A stretch of 64,000 nucleotides of DNA, from positions 3,840,001 to 3,904,000 of the forward strand of contig OY760937.1 in the NCBI GenBank assembly GCA_963664225.1, given 5' to 3'. Shown here in pieces: positions 63,529 to 64,000 of the stretch. How positions within the stretch are numbered: position 1 is the stretch's first letter; each line of letters begins with the position of its first letter. Below the pieces are notes generated by a model. It had not been told where the DNA came from. It did not search any database and was given only the letters and a program-made list of their open reading frames with translations. The DNA comes from Verrucomicrobiia bacterium. Lineage in GTDB: Bacteria; Verrucomicrobiota; Verrucomicrobiia; Limisphaerales; UBA1319. The translations under genes and the position numbers were made by a program.

Positions 63529-63530
63529 CC

Positions 63531-64000
63531 ATGATTGAAAATTTTCCCTGGATCATATTATTTCTGCCACTGCTCGCCACGGGCATCATCACGCTGATGA
63601 CGCATCAGAGGCGGGAGTTGAGCGCGCGCATCTCCATTGCCGCCGTGGTGGTGGGATTCTGGTTGAGCTGCATCCAACTGCTCGATCCGCAGGCATTCTT
63701 GAAACCGCTCGAGCTGACCCAGACGTGGCTTTCCGTGGGGAACTTGAATGTCGATTTCGGCCTGCGGCTGGATCGTCTGAGCCTGCTGATGCTGGTGGTG
63801 GTCACCGGCGTGGGCGGGGCGATTCATATTTATTCCTACGAATACATGCGGGAGGATCGCTCGGTTTCGCGCTATTTCGCCTGCCTGAGCCTGTTCACGT
63901 TTTCGATGCTCGGCCTGGTGCTGGCGAACAATTTCCTGATGATGTTTATTTTTTGGGAACTGGTCGGCACCTCGAGCTACCTGCTGATCGGTTTCTGGTA
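63531..64000 (+). CDS. nuoL: NADH-quinone oxidoreductase subunit L, truncated by the window edge (absent from the ORF track)
   Basis: Manual translation: MIENFPWIILFLPLLA...LDRLSLLML..VTGVG..IHIYS..YM...FIFWELVGTSSYLLIGFW. Confidence 0.95.
   Translation, partial: MIENFPWIILFLPLLATGIITLMTHQRRELSARISIAAVVVGFWLSCIQLLDPQAFLKPLELTQTWLSVGNLNVDFGLRLDRLSLLMLVVVTGVGGAIHIYSYEYMREDRSVSRYFACLSLFTFSMLGLVLANNFLMMFIFWELVGTSSYLLIGFW

Overview
GC-rich bacterial chromosomal window; gene style and secreted-protein motifs suggest Verrucomicrobiota (inference). Contents in order: a partial ilvB (minus strand) with a Val-rich leader-peptide attenuator; an outer-membrane barrel plus small cytochrome c; glycoside hydrolases (GH2, GH5, GH2, GH127-like); a large secreted repeat protein; a complete anaerobe-type Mo-nitrogenase cluster (nifA, nifH-I1-I2-D-K, molbindin, GNAT, nifE-N-B, ferredoxin, nifV, orphan ORF) with two sigma54 promoters; a class II aldolase; a DsrEFH-like trio; addB; aroK; a DUF3160-like protein; a nucleotidyltransferase pair; dprA and housekeeping genes; a group II intron; and nuoB-L. 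Standout observations: (1) two REP-like module arrays inside the nuo operon in which every module is a multiple of 3 nt, giving stop-free ORFs from one nuo stop codon to an overlap with the next nuo start; (2) a group II intron whose EBS1/EBS2 match the terminal inverted repeat of the ~170-bp MITE-like element it interrupts; (3) a tRNA-Gln(CTG) with its own promoter lying antisense between nuoE and nuoF; (4) an ivbL-type attenuator. All family calls come from motif recognition; no database searches were run.
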